DNA of 64,000 nt from Octopus sinensis (lineage: Eukaryota), in contig NC_042997.1 in the NCBI RefSeq assembly GCF_006345805.1, forward strand, positions 201,810,001-201,874,000, in the 5' to 3' direction. Position numbers and translations under genes: made by a program. Below the pieces are notes generated by a model. That model saw only the letters and a program-made list of their open reading frames with translations, searched no databases and had not been told where the DNA came from. This document shows positions 11,255-24,405 of the stretch, piece after piece (position 1 is the first letter of the stretch; every line of letters starts with the position of its first letter).

Positions 11255-12692
11255 TGAGGGTGTTTGGAAAGTAATTGCATTTTTCACCACTATGAAATAT
11301 GAATCAACCAATCACATCTGAGTCAAGGTCAAATGGGTGGGAACTGTCTAATAATAGTACATCATCTCTTCTATCTGGCAGTGTGTCATTCATAGTTATT
11401 TCAGTAATTAACCCCATGGAGTGTAAGAACTTTATGAAGCAACATATTCACCATTGCTTACTGTATAAGTTTTGAATGAAAAATATTACTATAAAAGCAA
11501 TGGAAAACATTTGTAATGTGTATCTGGAAACAGTGAGAGCTCATACATGTCAGCTGTGGTTTAAAAGGCTTAAAAGATGGTGATTGTGACATATCTGACC
11601 AGCCTCATTCTGGAAGATGATCCACTCTGAATGACAACCTTTTGAATGAGACTTTTGTATCAGATCCACTTCAAAGAGATTTGGTGCAAAATTTCATGTG
11701 TCGTGTTCAAATATCCATGAATATCTCAAGCAAATTGGGAAAAAGTGCAAAGAGGGAATTTGGGTTCCACATGAGCTTACGCTTGAGAACTGAATGCAAC
11801 ATTCCACCATCTGCAGCAGTCCTCTAGCCAGGAATAACAACCTGTCATTTCTGTAGCGCATTGTTACAGGTGATGAAAAATGGGTTTTGCATTACAACTG
11901 AAAAAGGAAAAGGCAATGATTGTCATGTAACGAGAGGCCAGCGCCAACACTGAAACCAGAACTCCATCCACAAAAATCCTTGCTCTGTGTTTGGTGGAAC
12001 ATGAAAGATATTGTCCATTATGAACTACTGGAACATGGAAGGACCATCAATGCAGGTGTCTATTGCCAACAGCTTGATCACGTAAATGAAAGATTATGTC
12101 AAAAGTTGGTAAACAGAAAAGATATTATTCTCCAGCATGAGAATGTGTGGCTACATTCTTCAAAACAAACCCAAGAAAAAATAAGATCGTTAGGATGTAA
12201 AGCTCTTCTACATCCTCCATACTCACCTGACTTAGCACCTATAGATGTACATTTGTTCCAATCACTAGAACATTTTATAAGAGGCAAAACATTCAGAAAC
12301 AGAGAGGAAGTTGAAAACAGTCTTTTAGAGTCAAAACTATTGAAAAGGTTGCAAGACGCAATGAAAATTTTAGGACAATAAAAATAAGAAGAAAGTGGAA
12401 ATTTTATCGGTGAGTGTGTTACATTATAAGGCACAAAAAGAAAATGACTCTCCCCAGACACAACAGAATATGCTTCAACACACAAACTCATATAAATAAT
12501 CTTGCAAACCAAATCCAAAAACGAAATAGTTTTTTTTTTGTATGTCACATAAAAAAGTTACTTCCCATTGGACTGCAGTCATTGAAAATGATGGTGATTA
12601 CATTCCTGATTAAAACTATTCCGATAAAAGTAGTTTACATTCACTTTTATATCCTTTCTGGTAAAATGCAATTACTTTCTGAATACCCCAAG
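11255..12692 (+). mobile_element. mariner (Tc1/mariner) transposon, full length, inactive
   Basis: Imperfect TIRs TGAGGGTGTTTGGAAAGTAATTGCATTTT (11255) and AAAATGCAATTACTTTCTGAATACCCCA (about 12663-12690) enclose a transposase relic. Confidence 0.9.
11440..12613 (+). pseudogene. mariner transposase pseudogene
   Basis: Motifs RIVTGDEKW, LCVWW, LQHENVWLH (HDNARPH), HPPYSPDLAP, and C-terminal HWTAVIENDGDY; in-frame stops, frameshifts and an ~190-bp insertion (about 12340-12530). Confidence 0.93.
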
Positions 12693-13149
12693 ATATATAT
12701 ATCTATATATATATATATGTAAAATACGTATATAAAATAAATATTATTTATGAGATGAACTGAAAATAAATCACATATATATATATAAATTAAAATATAG
12801 ACAATGTTTTAACTCTTGACATAATGTGTATCTGTAAGATAGATGCATGTAAAATAACATATATTCATGTCAACAGCCAGAGTGACCAGAGAGAGATTTG
12901 CTACAAGTTGATTCATTTTTATGGGTAGGATGGCTGATGTAAAATAGAACATAGGGCATGGTAAATGAAGTTGAAATGTCTTCAACATACAGCAAAATCT
13001 CTTTGAGGTAGAAATTCTATACACCAAAGCACCTGGCAATTTCAGAAATAAACAATAAATTACAGCACTGGAGTCATATCTATAAGTATTCATCAAATAC
13101 ATTGATGCTATATATCCATGCAAAGTCTATGTAGATTTCTCAATAGGCC

Positions 13150-13170
13150 TAATGTAAATCTAGAGCAATC

Positions 13171-13207
<37 letters not shown>

Positions 13208-13257
13208 TATGTACATCTAGAACAATTACACACACACACATGTACATCTAGAACAAT

Positions 13258-13285
<28 letters not shown>
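13150..13285. repeat. Minisatellite: (A/C)TCTAGA(G/A)CAAT + (TA/CA)n, 3 units
   Basis: TCTAGAGCAAT/TCTAGAACAAT at about 13159, 13216 and 13248, each followed by a dinucleotide run. Confidence 0.8.
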
Positions 13286-13288
<3 letters not shown>

Positions 13289-13664
13289 GCAAGCTAAAAC
13301 AGAATCCAAGGAGACTGGTGGTGTTCTGCATTGATAAGATTTGTATTATTTTGGAAAAAGTAACAAAAATGGAATGGGGAAATACCATGGGGCATGCTGT
13401 ATCTGTTTTGGACAGTTCTTCAAAGTTAATATGGCAGTGGGGATGAAAAGGAAGGAGTGGAAAGTGTTTAAGCAACTGGCTACAACTGATGGGGAACAGA
13501 AGACAATGTAAGCTTGCATACATAGAAGAAGTAGTAGGAGGAAGAAATTGGGTGAGAGAGGGAGAAGGAAGGAGAGACGAGGGTGAGGTGGAAAGATAAA
13601 TTTAAGAGAAGCTGAAGTGTGTGTGTATTTGTATATATATATACATATTGATGATGTGTGTGTG

Positions 13665-13712
<48 letters not shown>

Positions 13713-14082
13713 ATTTCAATGTATACTGAGGTAAGAAATTTTTACCTGATGATAATGAATTATATGTTATGATGAATCTATAAATTCATTGATAAAATTT
13801 TACTGAAATAGCTGTTGTAAAATTTTAAATGCTATTTGTGTTTATTTGATGTATGCACATGTGTGTGTGTGTGCATGTAAGAGAGTTTCTTTCTGTCTTG
13901 ATAATAGATATATAAAAGGTAAAATATAAACAAGACTTTACAATAAATTTGACTCCATCCTTAGCACTGAGATCCCTTCCTCTCATTAGCAAATGTTCTG
14001 TTGCCCTTCTCAAACTCACTTCAAAGCAATAACATCAGATTAACAACTGATGATGTCATGGTAAAATGAAAATAAGTCAAAT

Positions 14083-14720
14083 CATCATCATCATCAACAA
14101 CATCGTTTAACATCTGTTTTCCATGTTGGGATGGTTTGACTGAGATTGGCAAGCCAGGAAGCTGCACCAGGCTCCAATCTGATCTGGCAGAGTTTCTACA
14201 GCTGGATGCCCTTCCTAACGCCAAGCACTCTGAGAGTGTGGTGGGTGCTTTTTATGTCTCACCGGCATGGGAGCCAGTCAGGCGGCACTAGTATCAGTGC
14301 TTTTTATGTTTTTATGTACTACCAGTGCAGGAGCCAGTCAGGGTAAGTAGGCTGACATCAACCATGTTCGGATGGTGCTTTTTATGTTCCACTGGCATGC
14401 GGAGCCAGTCAGACGGAACTAGCAATGACCCACACATGAATGGTGCTTATTGCATGCCACCAGCATGAGAGCTAGTCAGGTAGCACTGGTATGAGCTATA
14501 ACTACAATTTCCATTTGATCGTGATTTGATTTTTGATTTTACTTGACTCAATAAGTCTCCTCAAGCATGGCGTGTTGCCCAATGATTCAAGGTACTTTTT
14601 AAATGGGCTGGTTATGCTACACTGGTATAGGCTACAGCTGTGATCTCACTTTACTTGCTGGGTCTTCTCTATCACAGCATATCTCCAGAGGTCTTGGTTT
14701 TTTTGTTATTGCTTCTGCGA
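14083..14720 (-). mobile_element. SINE family C, long form
   Basis: (CAT)n tail, GGATGCCCTTCCTAACGCCAA motif, tandem interior units. Confidence 0.85.
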
Positions 14721-15249
14721 GGTCCAACGTTTGAAGGTCATGCTTCAAATTCAATTATAGTTTTGGCACTAGCACCATTGACATAATTATGCTTTTGTGA
14801 CCTGGATGCTTGTAGATAAATACGCATTTATTCAGGTGTCAACAAAGAGATATTTGTATGGATTCATTTATACAACTCTGGCTGATGTAAACAAAAATAT
14901 TTTCTCAAAGTAAAGGTGTTTAAATACGCTTTGATGAATCCTGCTGATGATATGAATATACACGTGCTGCATCCATATTACAAAAACATGATTTTGCCTA
15001 GGTTTCAAAAATGAATATTTATTTCTCATATGTGTTTGGTTTATTGTCAGTTCATCTTGCTTGCAATGTATGTGTATATGTATGTATGGATCATCATTTA
15101 ACATCCATTTTTCATGCTGGAATGTGTCAGATGGCTTGACAAGAGCTGGCAACTCAGGGAGATGCACCAGGCTCCATTGTGTGCGTGTGTGCATGCATGC
15201 ATGTGTGTGTCTGTGTGCGTGTGTGTGTGCAATGATTCTCAGAAGAGGA

Positions 15250-15620
15250 TAGACCTTTCATTGGCCATGACACTAAGGGCCATGACACTAAGGGCCATGG
15301 AAAGATCCATGCTAGAAATATCATCATGAGAACACATTTGAAATGAAGTAATTCATGAATGGAGTGGTGTGAACAATGTGATCGCAGAATACCAAAAGCA
15401 CAAGTTCCACTGGCGTAGACATGTTGCAAGGTTCACAGACAATAGGTGGACCTGTGCAGTTGCTGAGTGGTGTCCAAGAGATCATAAAAGCCACTTGGAA
15501 GGCCTCCATGGTTGGAAGATGATTTATTTAAGCAATTTGGGTCAAGATGGAAAAGAATGGTGCTATCAAGACAGAATTAGAAGTGCATTGTGACCAGTGG
15601 GGTATAAAAGTGTCTATGGT
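15250..15620 (+). mobile_element. RTE-clade LINE 3' fragment
   Basis: Peptide LRAMERSMLEIS...KFHWRRHVARFTDNRWTCAVAEWCPRD matches the RTE ORF C-terminus (AMERSML..W.GHVAR..DNRWT...EW.PR); contains a 15-bp tandem duplication. Confidence 0.85.
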
Positions 15621-16199
15621 CTGATCAATACTGTGATATCTATTTTATGATATATATATAAATGAGATTTTGCTGAGCTTTTTGAATTCAATGATATTTG
15701 TTGTGGAATATTTTGTTGGCCTTAAATGGTCTGTACTCTTCAATCAATGACACTGCTCTTCTCAGTAATTGCTTCGGACTCCTGTGGGATTCAGCATTTT
15801 ATTTTAGCCCTGATGAGAAGGCATTCTTCTGTTGCTTGTTAATGAGAGGTGACAAAATTGTTAAATGTTGTGTTTGGCAAATTCATTTCTCTTTCTGCTT
15901 GCAATGCCTCAGACCTTTGACCTATATGATGTATTGTTGACAAATTTCTTCATTGTTAAATTTAGATCAGTCATTTGGGGAAAAAATTTGATATCTTCTC
16001 TTTGTCGGTAGTAAGCTCAGCTGAATTTTGTTAGATGGTATATATGATCAGGACTAACTTTTTCAAAAGAATTGTATACTTTGCAGATTAGCATGCTGTC
16101 TCTTCCCCCTTATTTATGGGTATTTAGTTTAGTCAAATTAGTTTTGACTCTGATGCAATAGATTTGGGTCTATAGAATGGAAATCTTGTGTATTTCTAT

Positions 16200-16462
16200 A
16201 TCATCATCATCATTTAATGTCTGCTTCCCATGCTAGCATGGATTGGATGATTTTGACTGAGAGCTGGCGAACCAGATGGCTGCACCAGGCTCCAATCTTG
16301 ATTTGGCAGAGTTTCTACAGCTTGATGCCCTTCCTAATGCCAACCACTCCGAGAGTGTAGTGGGTGCTTTTTACATGCCACCGGCACGGGGGCCAGTCAG
16401 GTGGTACTAGCAACGACCTCACTCAAATCTTTTTGCAAATGCCACCAGCACAGGTGCCAGCA
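16200..16462 (-). mobile_element. SINE family C
   Basis: Same diagnostic motifs. Confidence 0.85.
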
Positions 16463-16804
16463 GGGACATGCCACCTTGGTAGGCAAGGTAGGCAGTGCCT
16501 ACCTTGAATAAAATAGATTGATAGCAACAATTTCTTTTTATGGCAAAATATGCACCTAATTCAATAACATTATGAAGATTAGTCTGATTACTATGCATAA
16601 ATAAAAAGCAAAATATTTTGATTTTGTAGATTAAGTAGGCATAATTCCCTCCTGCTTTTCAATCTCAGTATTCATGCTACACATAGTACTGCTGTAGTAC
16701 ATGCGTAGTACAACCTTGCTTATATGATGAGTATGATCATTTACAGCTATCACATGATGTCTGGACAGGGATACATACACACACACACACACACACACAC
16801 ACGT

Positions 16805-16966
16805 GTGTATGTGTGATGGGCTTCTTTCAGTTTTTATCTAGCAAATCCACTCACAAGACTTTGGTTGGCCTCAGGCTATAATAGAAGACACTTGTCCGAG
16901 TTATTACTGTGTAGTAGGACTGAACCCGGGAAGCAAGCTTCTTAATCATATAGCCACACCTGCACC
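16805..16966 (-). mobile_element. SINE family A, 5' half
   Basis: Same diagnostic motifs. Confidence 0.8.
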
Positions 16967-17035
16967 TGTATGACACACACACTCACCTATGTGTATATAG
17001 ATGTATACAGCTACAGGAATGCATACGTCTATATG

Positions 17036-17137
17036 CAGGAATGGCTGTGTGGTAAGAAGTTGGCTTCCCAGCCACATGTTCTTGGGTTCAGTCCCATTGC
17101 ATGGCACCTTAGGCAAGTGTCTTCTACTATAGCCTAG
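17036..17137 (+). mobile_element. SINE family A head
   Basis: GCAGGAATGGCTGTGTGGTAAG...GGTTCAGTCCC...GGCACCTTAGGCAAGTG. Confidence 0.8.
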
Positions 17138-17154
17138 CTCCAGCCAAATCCTTC

Positions 17155-17580
17155 ATCATCATCATCATCATTTAACATCCATTTCCCATGCTGACATGTG
17201 TTGGATGGTTTAACAGGAGCTGGCCTGCTGAAGAGCTGCCCACGCTCTTTGACTGTTTTGGCATGTTTGCTACAGCTGGATGCCATTTCTAACACCAACC
17301 ACTTTACAAAGTGTACTTGGTGATCCTGCACAGCACTGGCATGGGTCTGTTTACATGGCACCAGTACAGGTCATTTTAATGTGACCCCAGCACCCACAAA
17401 CCTGTGAGATTAGGAATGCACAGCTGCAGAGCAATGCAGGGAATATGCCTGTACACAAGGACAACCATGTATTTTACTTAGCTTGACATGTTTTCTCAAG
17501 CACAGCAAACTGTCAAGGGCCTTGGTCCCCTGTTATCCTCTCTGTGGGGACCAATACTCGAGGATCCTTTCTCATCATTT
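17155..17580 (-). mobile_element. SINE family C, diverged
   Basis: (CAT)n tail and a degenerate C body. Confidence 0.7.
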
Positions 17581-17682
17581 CATCCCATATTGTGAGTCGA
17601 TTTGGTAGATGGAAACTGAAAGAAGCCTGTGTGGTGTATTTGTGTCTTCTTGTTTTGGCATTGTGTGATAGTTGTAAATGTA

Positions 17683-18080
17683 CGCAGGAGTGGCTGTGTG
17701 GTAAGTAGCTTGCTTACCAACCACATGGTGCCAGGTTCAGTTCCACTGCATGGCACCTTGGGCAAGTGTCTTCAACTATGGCCTCGGGCTGACCAAAGCC
17801 TTGTGAGTGGATTTGGCAGACGGAAACTGAAAGAAGCCCGTCGTATATATGCATATATATATGTGTGTGTGTTTGTGTGTCTGTGTTTGTCCACCCAACA
17901 TCGCTTGACAACTGATGCTGGTTTGTTTATTTCCCCTAACTTAGTGGTTCGGCAAAAGAGACCAATAGAATAAGTACTAGGCTTACAAAGAATAAGTCCC
18001 GGGGTTGATTTGCTCGACTAAAGGTGGTGCTCCAGCATGGCTGCAGTCAAATGACTGAAACAAGTAAAAGAGTAAAGAGT
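17683..18080 (+). mobile_element. SINE family A, full length
   Basis: A-box-like TGGCTGTGTGG, B-box-like GGTTCAGTTCC, CORE-like GGCACCTTGGGCAAG, internal microsatellite, GAGTAAA tail. Confidence 0.92.
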
Positions 18081-18879
18081 CACTGTCATACACGAAGTGT
18101 CATGCAATTCCAATATTCTGCAACAATATGTCTGACCACGGGGAAACAGGTGAGGGTTGGTGAGAGGGAGGGCATCCAGCTGTAGGAAATCTGCCTCAAA
18201 TAGACTCCATCCAATCCAGGCAAGCATGAAAACGTGAATGTTAAATGATGATTTGATCTATATATATGACGGGCTTCCATAGTTTCTGCTTACCAAATTA
18301 CAAGTCATTGATTGGCTCAGAGCTAAAGTAGAAGACACTTGCCCAAGGTGCTGTGCAGTGGGACTGAACACGAAATCACATGGTCGCAAAGCAAGCTTCT
18401 TAACCTCACAGCCATATTTATTCCGAATATTATTTTCTAGTTTCCAGTAAGAACCAGTTGTAGTCTTCAAATGGATCAGTAAGCAGTGTTTGTTGAGTTA
18501 GCATTAACACATCAATAGAAACTATAAAAATTGTGCTGAATCAATAAGTTTGTGTTATGGCTAGTAAAACAAAAGAAATATTCTATTATTTATTTTATAC
18601 AATTTTTTTTTTTGTTTGACAATAATATCTTTTTAAAATTTTTTTTCTAAATTAATACTTCATTTCTCTTTATAAGTTACAATGAGGTTTAAATCAATAA
18701 TATCCATTATCCGAAACCTGTTAAATGTCTGCTTGATTAGTATATATTACGTTCATTTTTGGAAACAACGTTACTCACAGTGATGGATATGATCTGTTAA
18801 TCTGTATCAGATTTCTGAATGTACTTAAATAGGAATTCAATGTTTATAGATTACAGCACATGTCAAGATGACCTTTACA

Positions 18880-19205
18880 CATCATCATCATTGGATGTCT
18901 GCTTTCCATGCTAGCATGGGTTGGATAGTTTGACAGGTACCGAGAAGCCAGAGGACTGTGCCAAGTTCTGCTGTCTGCTTTGGCATGGTTTCTATGGTTG
19001 AATGTCCTTCCTGACACCAACCACTTCACAGACTGCACCGGGTGCTTTCTACTTAGCACCAGTGAAGTCACTAAGTAAGATGCAAGACGACCCCTCAACT
19101 GGAAGGGATGTAGTATTGAGAGAGACAGCTTTGTGCCTGGTGATGAGAGGTTAAAGTTTGATAGAGGAACAGAAACAGGTGTCTTGCTGGGGAGGAGAAA
19201 CATCT
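18880..19205 (-). mobile_element. Family C long variant
   Basis: C tail plus an extension shared with 45665-46030. Confidence 0.7.
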
Positions 19206-19587
19206 TCACTGTTTAATAAGTTTGCACATCTGTAAATTTACTAGTAGTATTATATTGTTATAGTAAACTTGATCCCCATTTAAACCTATTCTTAATTATA
19301 GTTTTTAATGCATTCTGATGCATGAATAAATGAATGAATGGCAACATAATGCTACAACTACTTGCAGGTGTAAGATCTGGATACCAGAATTGATAAAGAA
19401 TAGTAAATTACTACTTCAGAAATGAATATAATATTCATGACATTCAGAAATGTTTTTTTCATTCTTGGTATTGTTGAAGCAGGGGATAAACTACTCCAGC
19501 ACTACACCCTTGAAAATTGCTATGCTTCCTGAAATTCACCAACATTACTCCTCATGTGCCTATGTACCATTTATGGCTCTTTTAATA

Positions 19588-19983
19588 CTCTTTACTCTTT
19601 TACTTGTTTCAGTCATTTGACTGTGGCCATGCTGAAGCACAGCCTTTAGTCGAGCAAATCAACCCCGGACTTATTCTTTGTAAGCCTAGTACTTATTCTA
19701 TCAGTCTCTTTTGCCAAACCGCTAAGTTACAGGGATGTAAACACACCAGCATTGGTTGTCAAGCGATGTTGGGGGGACAGACACACAAACACACACACAC
19801 ATATATGTATGCATATATACGATAGGCTTCTTTCAGTTTCTGTCTACCAAATCCACTTACAAGGATTTGTTCAGCCCCAGGTTATAGTAGAAGACACTTG
19901 ACCAAGGTGCCACGCAGTGGGACTGAACCTGGAACCACGTGGTTCGTAAGCAAGCTCGTTACCACACAGCCACTCCTACGCCT
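19588..19983 (-). mobile_element. SINE family A, full length
   Basis: Reverse-complement match to 17683-18080. Confidence 0.92.
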
Positions 19984-20844
19984 AATATTCACTTTTCTAT
20001 CTATTTTGTGTTATTTTTCGCAATTATTTTACATTATATTTTAGAACACAGAGACATCCCAGGAGCTCTATAAGTAAGCCTCCTTATTTGAAGGTAAAAC
20101 AAGTAAATTATGAAATTTTGCTCAGTTTCTAGATTCTGGGAATTTGACAGTTGTTGGAGTGGAGTGATTCTTTCTAGCACTGTTTGTGATTTTGTTTGGC
20201 CCTGGTGTGGTTCTTTCTTTCAAGAAACTTGGCCATCTCTGATTCAGTCTACATTTTGAACACCCAGTTATTGCTGTTAATATCTATATCCTGAGATATG
20301 CTAAATTTTTTCATGCTAATGTGTAAAGAATGTGTTGAAATGACAAAAAAAATTCAGAATTAAATGCAACATTTTCCCAAATTAGTCCCAATATAAGAGA
20401 ATATATAAAAAAAAATTGAAAAAAAGAAAGCTAATTTTTTTTTGTTGCAAATCAAGTCATTCATTCAAATTTAAAAAGAAAATTACAAAAAAATGTTTAT
20501 TCATAACTAACATTTTCATAATGCTTCTGACGTAATTATCGTGTAGTTTTCTTAAAATCCCTCTAATGAAACTGTCATGAAAGCTTTTCAATGATGTGGT
20601 GCAAACCTCTAATTTGTAACCTTCTTCAACTGTCAATTCAGCATACTGTTAACTAAACCAACAGAAATCTTTTATTTTTGCGATCTTTGAGAAACTTTTT
20701 TGAGAAATTTAACTGGAGAATTATCCTGTTGGCATACTGCTAATTTAGAATTAATATGCTATTATATAAGGAAAGAATGTCGAGGCAACATGGAAGTAGA
20801 TAAAGAAACAAAATGCTTCTTCAAATTTCATAATGATAAAAAGA

Positions 20845-20915
20845 ATAATAGTAATAATAATAATGATGACAATAATGATAATAATAATAATAATAATAAT
20901 AATAAAATCATCATC
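20845..20915. repeat. (TAA)n / (TGA) microsatellite
   Basis: Read directly. Confidence 0.9.
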
Positions 20916-21094
20916 ATATGACATGGAAATTGAATTGAAACAAGAACCTCTGATTCTTATAGCAATTATTTGAATTTTCTGAATGGTACAAATGTTGTAC
21001 ATTTTTGTGTGTCAGGGATTTATATAACATGACTCAAATTCACATTCATTTTCAAAAGCCATCAGCATATTATTAAAATATCTTTATAACTTAA

Positions 21095-21478
21095 CTAGCA
21101 GTATCGCCCGGCGTTGCTCAGGTTTGTAAGGGAAATAACTATAAAGCATTTTTAGAGAGTTATAGCCAAAAAATAGCAAAAAAATGGAAAAAAATGATGG
21201 TAAATTTTTTTTTGAGATTTAAAAAGGTGGAGTTGCGTCCCCTAGACAGTTTGTGGTTCGTGTTTCTGATTCTCGACCCCATGTCGAATTTATCGATTTT
21301 TTTCAGAACTGGGGGAACTTTTCAAAATTTTCGCTGCGTTAGTTTTGAATTATGACATTGGGCTATGTGTGTGTCAAGTTTCATCAGAATCGGTTGAAAG
21401 CCGTGGTCAGGGTGAGGGTACAAGCAAACAGACACACAGAAACACGCACAGACAAACTGCCGTTTATATATAGAGAGA
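21095..21478 (-). mobile_element. Non-autonomous Helitron
   Basis: Minus strand: 5' TCTCTCTATATATAAACGG..., 3' CCTGAGCAACGCCGGGCGATACTGCTAG, inserted between A and T. Confidence 0.82.
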
Positions 21479-21619
21479 TTTCATGATAGCTCAGTAGACG
21501 CTTCTGCTAGATATAAGCATAGAAATTATATCACCTGCTTCTCCTCTCTCTGTGTTTCTCTCTCTCTTTCTTTCTCTCTTTCTTTCTCTCTCTATGTATA
21601 TATGTATGTGTATGTTGGA

Positions 21620-22125
21620 TCTCATAGAAGTGATGAGTAGTGACAAAGACCTTTGGGGATATGCTGTGCTTAAGAAGACTCGTGAAGCCAAGTAAAATCA
21701 TAGTCGTGGCCATTACAGGTGTCATGTAAATGGCTCTCGTGAAATTGTAATCATGGTCAGTAGCATCATCTTTGAATGCTGGGCCTCACAGAGGCAGTGA
21801 CAAGTGATCAAAGCAATATGCTGTGCTTGAGAAGACTCATCAAGCCAAATGAAACTGTAGTCATGGCCGTTGCCAGAGACACATGTAAATGGCGCCCTTG
21901 AAATCGTAGCCATGGCCATTACCGGTGTCATGTAAATGGCACCTGTGCTAATGATACATAAAAAGCACTTATTATGCTATCAGAGTGGTTGGCTTTAGGA
22001 AGGACGCCCAACCATAGAAACCATACCAAATCAGACTGGAACCTGGTGCAGCTCCCCAGCTTAGCAGTTTTGAATCAAACCATCCAACCCATGCCAGCAT
22101 GGAAAATGGACATTAAATGATGATG
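21620..22125 (+). mobile_element. SINE family C, long form with tandem interior
   Basis: Repeated ...GTCATGTAAATGGC units, then the C 3' end and (ATG)n. Confidence 0.8.
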
Positions 22126-22157
<32 letters not shown>

Positions 22158-22334
22158 CCGGAGTAAACACATAAATGTGAAACAAGGTGGAAAAAAGAGT
22201 ACTCAAATACCAGGGGTAGAGTAATATGCTTTATTTCAAAGCAGCAGAAATTCAACAAAACCTGTTACTCTGAGTTTCACGTTCCCGTTCGGTAGACAGT
22301 TTTTGTTAAAATATATATATATATATATATATAT

Positions 22335-22950
22335 GTCATCATCATCATCATTAACATTTAACGTCCATTTTCCATGCTGACATGGGTTGGATGGCTTGAC
22401 AGGAACTCACAAGGCCATGGTTGGCACTAGGTTCCATAGTTTGTTTTATTTTGGTTTCCACAGAGTGTATTGGGTGCTTTTTACATGGCACCAGCGTGGA
22501 TGCCAGTTACAAAACACCAGCATCAGCCATGACTACAATCTCACTTGGTTTAACAGGGTCTTCTCAGTCACTTGTCACTGTCTCTGTGTAGCCCAAAGTT
22601 TGAAGAATGCTTTTTGTGTGACTCTGGCATCATCCATGACTACAATTTCACTTGGCTTCACTGGTCTTCTCACACACAACATATACACATCATCATCATC
22701 ATCATCACCCATGCTGGCATTGGTTGGATGGTTTGACTGAGGACTGGCAAGCCAGATGGCTGCACCAGGCTGCAATCTGATCTGGCAGAGTTTCTACAGC
22801 TGGATGCCCTTCCTAATGCCAACCACTCCGAGAGTGTAGTGGGTGCTTTTACATGTCACTGGCACGAGGGCCAGTCAGGTGGCACTGGCAACGGCCATGC
22901 TCAAATAGTGCTTTTTTATGTGCCACCTGCACAGGAGCCAGTCCAGTGGC
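22335..22950 (-). mobile_element. Two adjacent SINE family C copies
   Basis: (CAT)n tails at about 22335 and 22688, each followed by a C body. Confidence 0.8.
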
Positions 22951-24043
22951 AAAGGAATATATGAGAAACTCTATTATTCACAACAATCATTTTTGACCCA
23001 TCCTGCATCGATCCCTCGTGGGTGGGATACTGTACAACCCGTAGAGGTGCATCCCTCAGTGCAGAAGTATCTTCTCATGTGATGTTATAAGGGGTATCTC
23101 GTTAAATAAACTCTGTTTCACTTGGTTTTAATACAGCATACTGTTAGTGACTGTAGGTTTGAGCCATTGGGCAGGAATATATATATATATATACATACTT
23201 ACATACACTAGGTTCAACCAAAAGTTTATTTCAAGCTTTTATTATGCAAGTATGTACACACATGTATAATGTTGGGGGCACCACCTTGAAATAGTTTGGT
23301 TGATTTAATTAAAGTTACCAAAGTACTTTGGGTTGATATTTCTTCAGTTTCATTAGATATGAAAATTTCTACCCAATTTTTCTCAAAGGCTATTGATGAA
23401 TCAAAAGTTATGATTTTATAAAAAATGCTTATATTAAGTACCACACAGTGGTATTGAACCTGTAAATACACTGTTATGAAACAAACATATTAGCTGCACA
23501 GCCATGCTGTTTTATAATCGAAAATCAATAATTCAGACTTGCAAAATTAAATTTATTGAAAAAGTAGATTTTGTAGAAACTACAAAATTTTATTTTGTGT
23601 TGACCTAAATGTAACTTAGAATTGAAAGAATTTTCCTTTGAAATAAACCATTTCTCAGAACTGGTCAATCAGTGTGTGTGTGTGTGTGCACATACATACA
23701 CATATATATACATATGTTGTACAGATGTGATTACTTTCAAGATAGTGGGAAGGAGGGAGAGATGGAGAGACTGTCTTTTAACCTTTAACACACTACATTT
23801 TCTCTAGAATTGTTTCCCCTGCTGGATGAAACCATTCCTTCATGAGGTTAACAACCTTTAATCCGATTCTGGGTTGTCCATTTATTTAATGTTCTTCCTA
23901 GAGGTAAGACGAAATTTGTTATGTTCGCTGCCCTCACATATCTTTACCAGTATATACACAGTGAAGCTTTACTATAACATCTTAAATTTATCAGTTGCTA
24001 TTTCCAGTAAACATAGGTGCCTTGTTGTACCACTACTCTCTCT

Positions 24044-24079
<36 letters not shown>

Positions 24080-24082
<3 letters not shown>

Positions 24083-24405
24083 CACTGCACTTTCGGAGTG
24101 GTTGGCATTAGGAAGGGCATCCAGCTGTAGAACCACTGCCAGATCAGACTGGAGCCTGGTGTAGCCTCCTGGCTTCCCTGACCCCAGTTGAACCGTCCAA
24201 CCCATGCTAGCGCGGAAAACGGACGTTAAACGACAATGATGATGATGATATATACACTCGCGGAGTGGTTGGCGTTAGGAAGGGCATCCAGCCGTAGAAA
24301 CACTGCCAGATCTGACTGGGCCTGACGAAGCCTTCCAGCTTCACAGACCCCAGTTGACCCGTCCAACCCATGCTAGCATGGAAAGCGGACGCTAAACGAT
24401 GATGA

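Noticed and set aside
24322-24345. CTGACGA-AGC...GCT in SINE C (also the minus strand near 29630-29650)
   Set aside because: The stem is followed by TCACAG, not GAAA, so the core is incomplete.
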